Part shown: one piece after another, positions 24,883-47,801 of the stretch
How positions within the stretch are numbered: position 1 is the stretch's first letter
Layout: each line of letters begins with the position of its first letter
Source: Eledone cirrhosa
Taxonomy: Eukaryota
Assembly: GCA_964016885.1 (NCBI GenBank)
Contig: OZ024741.1
Coordinates: 18,724,001-18,788,000, forward strand
Length of the DNA stretch: 64,000 nucleotides
Reading direction: 5' to 3'
Translations under genes and position numbers: made by a program
The notes under the pieces: model-generated
The model's database searches: none
What the model was told of the DNA's origin: nothing
The model's input: the letters and a program-made list of their open reading frames with translations, nothing else

Positions 24883-25307
24883 TACGTGTATTGGGTTCAA
24901 TTTGCCGTGACACCAATACGACCAGCCACAGTATACATTGGGTGTATTATAACAGCAACACTAGCTCGATGCTGTGTTTAGCTGGCCCAACATTAGATTG
25001 ACTGTTGTGTCAGTAATAGGAGTAGGGTTCGGGACTCATTTTCAATGACGTTGCAATTCATTTCTACAGCTGAGTTAGCTGGAGCGAGTGAAATAAAGTG
25101 TCTTGCTCAAGGACACCATACATCCTCCAATCCGGCAAACAAACTCACACCTCACTGTTACAAGCTCAACGGTCTAGCAACTAAGCCATGCGCGATGCAC
25201 TTCCTACTATATCAAACGTAAAACTAATAATATATTTTTTCATTGTACTGTGTTGTTTGCTTTGTTATTTTTGTTTGGTTTTTGCATGTATATATATATA
25301 TATAAAT

Positions 25308-25338
<31 letters not shown>

Positions 25339-25535
25339 TATATACACACGTATATATATATACAAACGTATATATATATACACACACATATATATATACA
25401 CACACACAAATATTGTACGTATGGGTTATATTCGAACATTAATAATAATGTTCGATTCGTTTGTAAACAAAGGCTCAATTTCAAGCTGTGCCGTACCTGT
25501 GACCGATCGTCACCTGTTCAACACTGGCTTTGAGG

Positions 25536-25579
25536 AACAATCAATATGTTTCTGGGTCATTACCCTTCATCAGGACTGT
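25536..25579 (-). ncRNA. Type I hammerhead motif (stem III mutated)
   Basis: acagtc CTGATGA aGGGTaatgACCCa GAAAC atatt gattgt; stems I and II pair. Confidence 0.7.
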
Positions 25580-25644
25580 ACACCTCTGCCAGTCTGTTGA
25601 ACGGTTGAAAATATATAGTATTTTCTTCAATAAAAATCTTATTT

Positions 25645-25676
<32 letters not shown>

Positions 25677-25855
25677 GTCACCCCTGGGAATCCTAAAAAC
25701 TATTCAAACCCAACATTAGAGCAGGTTAACCACCCCACTCACACCCTCGCTAACTAGAGAGGGCGTGCAGTATCTTTGCACTGGAGTGGAGGGGGAATCC
25801 TGAAAAGATAAAATGCTGGTATACATAGCCGGGCGCCAGCCAGAGGGGCTAGCTA

Positions 25856-25929
<74 letters not shown>

Positions 25930-25958
25930 ATAGATATGTATATATATTTATTAATTTT

Positions 25959-26009
25959 AGTTTCAGAAGATCCCGTTAAGGGTGAAAGCAGCGATTCTTT
26001 GCTTAAACT
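25959..26009 (+). ncRNA. Degenerate type I hammerhead motif (U4 to A)
   Basis: agttt CAGAAGA tCCCgttaaGGGt GAA AGCA...TGCT t aaact. Confidence 0.55.
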
Positions 26010-26320
26010 TTAATCTTATATTTTAATGAATATTTGCTCTACGGTTCTTATATATTTGATATATATTTATCCTTATCGAGCCCTCTTTGGATTTTAGTCT
26101 TCAAATTTATTATTTCTATATATGTATATATATATATATACTAGCTGTATATACTATATATATATGTATATATGTATATATATGTATATATATGTATGTA
26201 TATGTATATATGCATATATATGTATGTATCTGTATATATATATATATATGTATATATATGTATATATGAATATATATGTGTATATATATGTGTATGTATG
26301 TATATATATATGCATGTATG

Positions 26321-26361
<41 letters not shown>

Positions 26362-26644
26362 GTCAATACTCATCTTTTTCCATTTCTCCGAGGGTTCTTA
26401 ACCCCACTATCAGGCTAAATAATTTCTTTAATTTCTTTAGTCAAAATACGGCTATAACTTACATTTCTAATAATATATGTCTATGTATGTATGTATGTAT
26501 ATGTATGTATATATATATATGTGTCTATGTATGTATGTATATGTATGTATATATATATATATATATATATGTCTATGTATGTATGTATGTATGTATGTAT
26601 GTATATGTATGTATGTATATATATATATATATTTATTTATTTAT

Positions 26645-26830
26645 TTAGTTATGTAATAAACAATATAAGATAATTATTTCATTTACCAGTGGTTTCTTGA
26701 AATCAGTTCAAGAAACCACTGGTAAATGAAATAATTATCTTATATTGTTTATTACATAACTAATAAGCTCTGTAGCCTACATAGAGAACTCTTTTCTCCT
26801 GTACCTTTCCGACGGAATTACTTCATTTAC
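26645..26830 (+). mobile_element. PLE pseudo-LTR fragment with perfect 57-bp fold-back
   Basis: Arms 26645-26701 and 26707-26763, loop atcag, immediately followed by ttcaa-GAAAC-cactggta (hammerhead 3' half). Confidence 0.75.
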
Positions 26831-26999
26831 ACACACACATATATATATATATACATACATGTACACATATATATATGTACGTATGGGTTTACGTATGGGT
26901 TATTATAATGTTCGGTTTGTTTGTAAACAAATAGCCCAAATTACGCCGTACAGTGCTCGGCAACCATCGTCGCCCTTTTGTTCAACACTGACACAGGAA

Positions 27000-27040
27000 C
27001 GACGTACTAGTTTCAAGTTTATTAGCTATCTTCAGCATCG
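27000..27040 (-). ncRNA. Minimal type I hammerhead
   Basis: cgatg CTGAAGA tagctaataaactt GAA ACTAGT A cgtcg. Confidence 0.75.
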
Positions 27041-27620
27041 TATACCTTTCTGTCAGATGATTGAACATGTGAAAGTATATACTTTCCTTATGCATATTAA
27101 CGGCTGAGTAGCCTAATTTGCATATCGAGTGAGTTAATCGGCCGGGCATACCGAAAACGTTAAATGGAAAAGAATGAAACGAAATTTCATTTCTCACTCT
27201 TAGTACGGCTGATACCTAAATATAAGTATGTATACGTACATACATATATGTGTACAGACGCTGGTTGCCGAGCACTGTACGGCGCAATTCGGGCTGTTTG
27301 TTTACAAACAAACCCAACATTATAATAAATGTTCGGTAAAACTATACGTACATATATATATATATATATGTATGCATGTATGTATATATATACATACTAC
27401 TGTACGTCTGTATACATATATGTATGTACGTATACATACTTATATTTAGGTATCAGCCGTACTAAGAGTGAGAAATGAAATTTCGTTTCATTCTTTTCCA
27501 TTTATCGTTTTCGGTATATCCGGCTAATTCACGCGATATGCAAATTAGGCTGCTCAGCCGTTAATATGCATAAGGAAAGTATATGCTTTCAGATGTTCAA
27601 TCATCTGACAGAAAGGTGTA

Positions 27621-27661
27621 CGATGCTGACGATAGCTAATAAGCTTGAAACTAGTATATCG
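27621..27661 (+). ncRNA. Minimal type I hammerhead with palindromic stem III
   Basis: cgatg CTGACGA tAGCTaataAGCTt GAA ACTAGT A tatcg; GUA cleavage triplet. Confidence 0.85.
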
Positions 27662-27874
27662 TTCCTGTGTTAGTGTTGAACAAAAGGGCGACGATGGTTA
27701 CCGAGCATTGTACGGCGTAATTTGGGCTGTTTGTTTACAAACAAACCGAACATTATAATAAATGTTCGGTAAACCCATACGTACATATATATATATATAT
27801 GTGCATGTATGTATATATATATATACATACTACATGTATGTACCTACATACATATATGTATGTACCTACATATA

Positions 27875-27909
<35 letters not shown>

Positions 27910-28004
27910 GTAGAACACTGGAAGGTAATATCCGTAATGGTAGAGCACTCAGTCATATGACGAGTTGGGTAGAAGTGGTTACACGATATATATATATTAA
28001 TGTG

Positions 28005-28053
<49 letters not shown>

Positions 28054-28059
28054 ATAAAT

Positions 28060-28212
28060 TTGTGGTAAGGTTGCTTGGATGCGTCCATAGGTGGTATGCC
28101 GGTTGAGCACTCTATGCTCCTTCGGAGCAGAGTATGATAATATGGAAAACGAAGAATCAGTGATGCATCGGAACACAAATTTTTTACGTATTACAAATGT
28201 TTCTCCGGCGAA
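28060..28212 (-). mobile_element. PLE pLTR 3' fragment starting at a hammerhead 3' half
   Basis: Minus strand begins tcgccgga-GAAAC-atttgta; flanked by TA repeats. Confidence 0.45.
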
Positions 28213-28219
28213 TATATAT

Positions 28220-29149
28220 ACTAGCAGCAGTACCCAGCGTTGCCTGGGTAGGTAAAATAATATCTGCTTTGATGAAAAAGTATTGATCTTAGCGACTGCG
28301 AGTTTCTTGAAAATCGGTCGTAATGCGTAGCAAATGGCGAAATGTTGAGTGAAATCTTATAGAATATGTGGGAGGTTGAAGGAGCTAATGATAAGTCGCC
28401 GTCCCTGAACAAAAAATGCAAAGTGTAAAGCTACTATAAGATGTGCAATGATAGGTTCTATCGTAGTATAAAAGTTGAACCAAATAAATTGATTTATGTG
28501 TGAGGTGGAGCCGAAGTTTCGAATTTGAACGAAATCGGTTGAAAAATGTGGGAGCTAGAGCCGAAAAGGCGGAAATTTGAGCGAAAAGGTGGTATTTTCG
28601 AATATTTAAACGGCTGCCACGCCGTTCCTGAACAAAAAATCTTAAATGTAAAACCACTTTAAGACTTGAAATAATCAGATCTAGCGTAGTGTAAAATTTC
28701 AACAAAGTAGGTTGATTAAAATAGGAGCTGGAGCCGAAAAAGTGGAAATTTGAGTCTAAAAGTGGTATTTTTGAATATTTAAGCGGCTGCCACGCCATCC
28801 CTGATCAACATATGCAAAATATAAAGTCATCACAGGATGTGCAATTATAAATTCTATTTTGCTTTAAAATTTGAACAAAATCGGTGGCAAAATGTGGGAG
28901 CTAGAGCCAAATATCTTATTTTTCGATATCTAAAAAAAGGTGACCCCCTCCTCTATCGATTTTTATCTGCATAATGACCCCGGAAAAAAAAAAAAACCAT
29001 ACGCTGATATATAGAAAACACTCACCGATGACTAATCTATGAGCCTGTAAAATTTTATGAAAATCGGTCGTAAGATGTAGGCCCCTATAGGTAATACACA
29101 GACACACCACACACACATATTACATATTAAATTTTATATATATACAGAT
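28220..29149 (+). mobile_element. Non-autonomous Helentron-associated (HINE/DINE-1-like) element with internal ~180-bp repeats
   Basis: 5' actagcagcagtacccagcgttgcctgggta hairpin; 3' aaatcggtc...acagacac...ttttatatatatacagat; repeated aaaatgtgggagctagagcc blocks. Confidence 0.7.
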
Positions 29150-29188
29150 ATGTCTGCCTCTCTGTTTTATTCCCGTATAAAGTTGCAC

Positions 29189-29220
<32 letters not shown>

Positions 29221-29593
29221 TATATGTATGTATGTATGTATGTATATATATATATATGTATATATGTATGTATATATATATATGTATATATGTATGTATA
29301 TATATATATGTATATATGTATGTATATATATATATGTATATATGTATGTATATATATATATGTATATATGTATGTATATATATATATGTATATATATATA
29401 TATGTATATATATATATAAGTATGTATACGTACATACATATATGTATACAGACGTACAGTAGTATGTATATATATATATACATACATGCACACATATATA
29501 TATGTACGTATGGATTCATCGAACATTTATTATAATGCTCGGTGTGTTTGTAAACAAACATCCCGAATTAAGCCGTAGTGTCCAGCAACGATG

Positions 29594-33790
<4,197 letters not shown>

Positions 33791-34245
33791 TGCAAAGTTT
33801 TATTTAAATTGTTGGGTTACAACGAGTAAATATTTATAACTGATATAAAAGCACTCAACAAGTATTTGGAGTATATTTACGATATTAAATAAATGGAAAC
33901 TATATTTATAAAACCATATTTATTTCATTATATATATTTCAGGGATATCATATTAAAAATATGGTATGCCTTCTTCAGACAAAATACAATATAAACAGTC
34001 TTATAAATAGATAGATTTGACATACCTTTCAACTTCAACTTCCATTTAAAAAGTTGATTTGGTAGTGAAAAATGTTAGGGACAGTTATAAAAAGAAAGAA
34101 AGAAAAAAGCGAAGAAAAAGAAGAAATGCATGCAACTAAATAGAGAGAGATAGATATAGAGAGATAGATAGAGAGAAGAAATTCATGTAAAGAAACAGAG
34201 AGAGATATATAGAGAGAGGAAAAAAACACAGAGGGAGATAGATAG

Positions 34246-34277
<32 letters not shown>

Positions 34278-35439
34278 AAAAATAGAGAGAGATAGATATA
34301 GATAGAGATAGAGAGAAAGAAAATAGGTAGTTGGGCACCAGTTGAATGACGTATCAATGATATATTTATTTATTTATTTATTTATTTATTTAGTATTAAT
34401 GTAGAGAGAGATATATGTGGTTAGGAGAGAAAACAGCCGTTACATAGAGAGAAAAGAAAAATATCCAGACATAAACGAGGCAGATTTAAAACATTATGTT
34501 TCATCAATGTAAAAATATCAATACGTATGAATTAGGTATTATAATGCAAATATCAGCATTCATGAATGAGACACGTATCAATAATGTGTGAAAAACAATG
34601 ATCATATGTCTAGTTTAAAACTCCTAGGTTTATATCAGAGTTGAGATAAAAACTGAGATAAAAAACTGAGATAAAAAAAATAAAAAAAAATTGAGATAAA
34701 AACTGAGATAAAAAACTGAGATAAAAAAACTGAGATAAAAAAACCTCAAAAAAATTGAAATACATAAGTATATATGCACTTTCATGAAAAAAGAAAAAAG
34801 AAAAGAAAAAGAAAATAGAAGGTTATCCCAGATTTGATACTATAGACTTCCATGTGAATTTACGTGATCAACTCTGCAAATTCCTATTTCACATGAAAAC
34901 ATTCTCATTGTGCTATAAAATTCTAGTATACATATATGTGTACATACACACAAATATATATAGAGTCTACCTTAATTTTAACAATACTATTCTTGTCTTT
35001 ACTCTACATGATTATCGTTCAAGCATAAATAGAGAACAGATATCAATATATCAATAAAAATATCAAAAAAATTAAAAAATATAAAAAATAAAAATATTAA
35101 AAATAAAACACAGTATGCCCCGCAAATCAACCACAGAGATCAACCCTTCAAAAGTTAATTGACAATATATTGCCAAGTTCGTTATAAGCATCAGAATCAA
35201 AAGCAAACAAAACCAAATTTATTTACCAAATCCTGTCTAGCAGAAATCATTCCAAAAGTTTAGGATACCCATTTGATTTACAGATGGTCTTATATTTAAT
35301 ATAGAAGTTTATCTAGTGTAAAATTTATTCGATATATTTGGAGCATCAGCTTTTAGGGTAGTTTAATTATTCATGAAGAATGTTTAAAATAAAAAAGAAA
35401 TCGAAAGATTTATCGGCGAGTTTCATAAATAATTATAAA

Positions 35440-36258
35440 TCAAAGTAAATATACTACATTTTAAATTTATATTTATATTTAAAAGTTGAGTTCAATCTAT
35501 GTCTGCAGCAACTGAATAAATTTGTCCGTAAATTAAGGGAATTTTTAGATTTTAGTATAAAGAATATCTCCTCCCCGCAGAGGTCACATGTCTCAGAGGA
35601 TGAATTAAAAGGAATCCCTCTTGAGACTATATTCCAAGCCGTCGAATATCCAACGTTATCATGCTTAAGTTGCCAGAGTAAGCCTGAAAGTGATGTTGAA
35701 GATTTGTTGCATGGATCTGTGAAAGAATTCTTGTGGTTATTATAGCGAAGTTGAAATTCTGTCGAGGTGGAACCAACATAGTTAAAAGAATTTAAGTCCG
35801 TTTTAACATTACAGTTGTATATTATATTTTTAACTAAGCAATTGTTATTTAACGGACATTTAGATCTATCTCTACAGTTACATTTGTTTACTTGGATATT
35901 ATTTATGCTATTATCGGTATTTTGGCTAGGTTTTAAATTCCTATTATTTATTCTATTAATATTTTGTGCTAAATTTTTGGTGGATGAGTAAGTTAATTTT
36001 ATAGTATGTCTATTGAAAATTGAGTGATACCTATGTGTTCTAGGGAAGCGATTATCAAGAGCATTAAAAAAATAGTTTAGCGATGTGGGTTTTAATGTTT
36101 AGTGAGAAAGGGGGGGCAAACCATATTATATTCCTAGTTCTATTTCTTTTTTGGCTTTTGGAATTATTGTAATGCTTTCTATTATAGTTGTTAAAGTTGT
36201 TGCCGTAATTAAAATTGTTGTTATTTTGGTTAGTTTGTCTATTATTATCTATGTACAT
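35440..36258 (-). pseudogene. Naiad-type PLE linker plus GIY-YIG endonuclease (one frameshift at ~36066)
   Basis: RNIIWFAPPFSLNIKTHIAKLFF/NALDNRFP..H.YHSIFNRHTIKLTYS..CNCRDRSKCPLNNNCLVKNIIYNCNV..NYVGSTSTEFQLRYNNHKNSF..CDLCGEE..CCRH. Confidence 0.88.
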
Positions 36259-36294
36259 AATTTTCTCTCTCTCTCTCTCTTCTCTCTCTTCTCT

Positions 36295-36334
<40 letters not shown>

Positions 36335-36593
36335 ATCTATCTCCCTCTGTGTTTTTTTTCCTCTCTCTATATATCTCTCTCTGTTTCTTTACATGAATTT
36401 CTTCTCTCTATCTATCTCTCTATATCTATCTCTCTCTATTTAGTTGCATGCATTTCTTCTTTTTCTTCGCTTTTTTCTTTCTTTCTTTTTATAACTGTCC
36501 CTAACATTTTTCACTACCAAATCAACTTTTTAAATGGAAGTTGAAGTTGAAAGGTATGTCAAATCTATCTATTTATAAGACTGTTTATATTGT

Positions 36594-36657
36594 ATTTCGT
36601 CTGAAGAAGGCATACCATATTTTTAATATGATATCCCTGAAAAATATATAATGAAAT
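36594..36657 (+). ncRNA. Type I hammerhead motif (mirror copy 33922-33985, minus)
   Basis: atttcgt CTGAAGA agg.ata.catat-tttta-atatg.atat.cct GAAA..atatata atgaaat. Confidence 0.75.
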
Positions 36658-36699
36658 AAATATGGTTTTATAAATATAGTTTCCATTTATTTAATATCG

Positions 36700-36827
<128 letters not shown>

Positions 36828-36860
36828 TATATATATATATATATTTTATATATATATATT

Positions 36861-36900
<40 letters not shown>

Positions 36901-36920
36901 TATATTTATATATATATATT

Positions 36921-36954
<34 letters not shown>

Positions 36955-37031
36955 TATATATATATATATATTTATATATATATAGATATATTTATATATA
37001 TATATATAATTTATATATATATAGATATATT

Positions 37032-37103
<72 letters not shown>

Positions 37104-37109
37104 TATATT

Positions 37110-37200
<91 letters not shown>

Positions 37201-37280
37201 ATATATATAAGTATGTAACAGCCGTACTAAGAGTGGGAAATGAAATATCGTTTCATTTTTTCCGTTTATATATATATATT

Positions 37281-37315
<35 letters not shown>

Positions 37316-37359
37316 ATTTATATATATATTTATATATATATATTTATATATATATATAT

Positions 37360-37895
37360 GTAGATAAATCTACCAAAAGTTTACGGTAGTGTCCAATCCG
37401 TATGAAGAACTCAATGTAATCCGGATATCATGGAAAGAAGAGATGCATTCAAAAATCACTTTCGGTGAAAGATAAACGGAATACAGAGTCAAGATAAAAC
37501 ATTAAAAAAATAATGAATAAAACAATGAAACAGTTCCTTATATTAAACAAAAAAAGTTCATTATTTAACGATCGTTTCTAGGATATATATGTGTTAGAAT
37601 TGGCATGCATATTCAAAAGATCTATGTACAAAATTATACAAACTATCAAAGAGAATATACATACCAACACATATATATGCTGTCTTCAGAAATAAATTAT
37701 TTCTGAAGACAGCATATATATGTGTTGGTATGTATATTCTCTTTGATAGTTTTGTATAATTGTGTACATAGATCTTTTGAATATGCATGCCAATTCTAAC
37801 ACATATATGTCCTAGAAACGATCGTTAAATAATGAACTTTTTTTGTTTAATATAAGGAACTGTTTCATTGTTTTATTCATTATTTTTTAATGTTT

Positions 37896-37898
<3 letters not shown>
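37360..37898. mobile_element. PLE pLTR fold-back (~200-bp arms, 1-nt loop) with long-stem-II hammerheads on both arms
   Basis: Arms 37494-37695 and 37697-37898; CTGAAGA at 37703, GAAAC at 37815, palindromic AACGATCGTT stem III; related fragment 41165-41298. Confidence 0.85.
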
Positions 37899-37929
<31 letters not shown>

Positions 37930-37959
37930 TATATATATATATATTTATATATATATATT

Positions 37960-37990
<31 letters not shown>

Positions 37991-38003
37991 ATATATATTT
38001 ATA

Positions 38004-38142
38004 TAACGAAGGAAATGTGGTAAGGAACCAGGTGGACAATAACGCACCAAAGTACACAATACTTAGGGTAGTAGAGTGGGTAATACAGAATTAGCCGTCG
38101 AAACGGCTTGAGCTCAGCCGTCGGGGTCTTACTTGTTCCTAT
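38004..38142. mobile_element. Miniature rearranged copy of the 29654-31242 family
   Basis: Inverted tail (38004-38084) joined to the plus-strand hammerhead 3' half ending gttcctat; tail-only copy at 43446-43500. Confidence 0.8.
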
Positions 38143-40350
<2,208 letters not shown>

Positions 40351-40359
40351 ATTTATATA

Positions 40360-40601
40360 TGTTGCAGATGTGCAACGAAAGATTTATGTAAACTATATAT
40401 ATATGTGTTTGTCTATATTGTATCTGTATTATTTTTGACCGCCGGTCAGTCAATGGCAACATTGAGGACCGAGTAAGTTAGATCGCAGATATATATATAT
40501 AAAAGACAGCGAGAAGCGAAAACCAACCAAACAGTGAGTGTGTTCTGTTATTAATTCTGGCAATATTACGCAAATATGACCCTCCCCAAATATAACAATA
40601 T
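40360..40601 (+). mobile_element. PLE pLTR fragment beginning at hammerhead stem II
   Basis: Starts tgttgcagatgtgcaacgaaa, homologous to 50848-51077; ends in ORF start MTLPKYNN. Confidence 0.8.
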
Positions 40602-40604
40602 ATT

Positions 40605-40689
<85 letters not shown>

Positions 40690-40749
40690 ATATTTATATA
40701 TATATACACATATTTATATATATACATTTATATATATATATATATACAC

Positions 40750-40780
<31 letters not shown>

Positions 40781-40801
40781 CATATATATATATACACACA
40801 G

Positions 40802-40868
<67 letters not shown>

Positions 40869-40909
40869 TATATATATATTTATATATATACATATATATA
40901 TATACACAC

Positions 40910-40941
<32 letters not shown>

Positions 40942-40975
40942 ATATATTTATATATATACATATATATATACACAC

Positions 40976-41006
<31 letters not shown>

Positions 41007-41120
41007 CATATATATATATACACACATATATATATATATATATTTATATATATACATTTTATATATATATTTATATATATACATTTATATATATATATTA
41101 CACATATATATATATATATT

Positions 41121-41167
<47 letters not shown>

Positions 41168-41470
41168 TTAGATGTTGAATATGCATGCCAATTCTAACAC
41201 ATATAAATCCTAGAAACGATCGTTAAATAATGAACTTTTTTTATTTAATATAAGGAACTGTTTCATTGTTTTATTCATTATTTTTTTAATATTTTATATA
41301 TATATATATTATATTTATATATATACATTTATATTTATATATACACACATATATATATATATTTATATATATACATATATATATATACATATATATATAT
41401 TTATATATATACATATATATATATATACACATATATATATATATTTATATACATATATATATATATACAC

Positions 41471-41503
<33 letters not shown>

Positions 41504-41520
41504 CATATATATATATAAAT

Positions 41521-41547
41521 ATTGGCAACATGACCCTCCCAAAGTAT

Positions 41548-41584
<37 letters not shown>

Positions 41585-42007
41585 TGTTATACTTTGGGAG
41601 GGTCATGTTGCCAATAAGAAACACACGCACCAGTTGCTTTCACTTCAATTTATTATAATAAATTTATAATAAATTTATAATAAATTTATAAATTTATAAG
41701 TTTCTGGTTGGTTGGTTCCACAACCAGATAGTTGTTTATATATTGTCATAGTTCTTTCGTCACACACACTGAAGAGGTCACAGAGTGTGTGACGAAAGAA
41801 CTATGACAATATATAAACAACTATCTGGTTGTGGAACCAACCAACCAACCAGAAATTTATAAATTTATAAATTTATTATAATAAATTGAAGTGAAAGCAA
41901 CTGGTGCGTGTGTTTCTTATTGGCAACATGACCCTCCCAAAGTATAACAATATCGGTTTCAACACACGATTTCAGATAAAGAATCTTGCTAAACAAATTC
42001 AGAAACG

Positions 42008-42010
<3 letters not shown>
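41521..42010. mobile_element. PLE pLTR fold-back centred on a hammerhead core
   Basis: Arms 41581-41767 and 41785-41953; spacer holds CTGAAGA (41769), stem II gtcac/gtgac, GAAA 41794; extra small inverted copy at 41521-41555. Confidence 0.85.
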
Positions 42011-42077
<67 letters not shown>

Positions 42078-42120
42078 TTATATTATATACTATATATATA
42101 CATATAATATATATATATAC

Positions 42121-42151
<31 letters not shown>

Positions 42152-42175
42152 CATATATATATATACTATAACATA

Positions 42176-42292
<117 letters not shown>

Positions 42293-42321
42293 TATATATA
42301 TATAATATATATATATGTATG

Positions 42322-42352
<31 letters not shown>

Positions 42353-42396
42353 ATATATATATAATATATATATGTATATATATATTTATATATATG

Positions 42397-42431
<35 letters not shown>

Positions 42432-42501
42432 AGTATATATATATATATATATATGTATATATAGTATATATATATATGTATATATATATTTTATATATAT
42501 G

Positions 42502-42536
<35 letters not shown>

Positions 42537-42574
42537 AGTATATATATATAGATATATATATATATATATATATT

Positions 42575-43102
42575 AAGTTATGCAAGAAATGCTTAGGATT
42601 ATCCTGAATGCAGTAATGGTTAATTACTACACTAGATAGAGTTGACGTACGGTGAGGGGTTTTGGAAGAATAGTTGAAGAAACTCAGTTTCTGATCCTTC
42701 TGTATTCCGGAGTATGGAATAATAACAGGTAGAGATCATAAAAAAGGTAATTTATTCCGAGTGCTTACACATGTTTCAACAGTAGTTATACAGCCTAGTC
42801 ATGCTATGTGCAAATTGGTAATTATTTGTAATTATATGCAGAAAGTCAATTTTCAAATGATGCGACTACCGTTTCCTCAGAGCAGAATGGTTAAATGTAA
42901 ATACCCTTTTATTTGAAAATTAGAAATTAGAAATTATTGTATGTTTCAAAAACATACTTACATGTTTACATTTATAATTTGATTGTTTACCCTTGTATTT
43001 GTTAAAGGAAGTTATTGGGGAAGATAGAGTAGAAAAGGAAGAGAGAAAGAAGGGGAGAGAGAGAGAGAGAGAGGGAGGGAGAGAGAGAGAGTGGGAGAGA
43101 GA

Positions 43103-43142
<40 letters not shown>

Positions 43143-43345
43143 CAGAGAGAGAGAGATATGTAGGGGTTGGAGAAATGGAGAGAGTGGTTTGAAGAATACA
43201 GATAACTTAATCAAAATGTTGTTGTAGGGGTTTTATTATATTGTTTATTCTCAAAGTGACAACCTTAGGCTTTGTGTTGATATAGTCAAGTTTGGAATAA
43301 ATTACCTTTTTTTATAATGTCTACCTGTTATTATTCATTCTTTAT
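42575..43345 (-). mobile_element. PLE pLTR/3' UTR with long-stem-II hammerhead at 42762-42884
   Basis: tgct CTGAGGA AACGGTAGT...ACTACTGTT GAA ACATGTGT A agca on the minus strand. Confidence 0.75.
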
Positions 43346-43406
43346 ATATGTATATATATATATGTATATATATATTATATATGTATATATGTATAATATA
43401 TATATG

Positions 43407-43439
<33 letters not shown>

Positions 43440-43500
43440 GTATCGAGTACTTTGGTGCGTTATGGTCCACCTGGTTGCTTACCACATTTCCTTCGTTATA

Positions 43501-47801
<4,301 letters not shown>

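Larger units (their letters stand above)
26880..27860. mobile_element. Hammerhead-containing PLE pLTR/retrozyme-like unit: inverted copy plus partial tandem
   Basis: Minus arm ~26880-27260; plus strand 27261-27860 holds about 1.3 units of ~435 bp. Relatives at 25420-25630, 29415-29590 and 37210-37265. Confidence 0.75.

Noticed and set aside
35330-35400. SECIS element after the Naiad ORF
   Set aside because: The ATGA..AA..GA spacing is too short and there is no in-frame TGA in the fragment.
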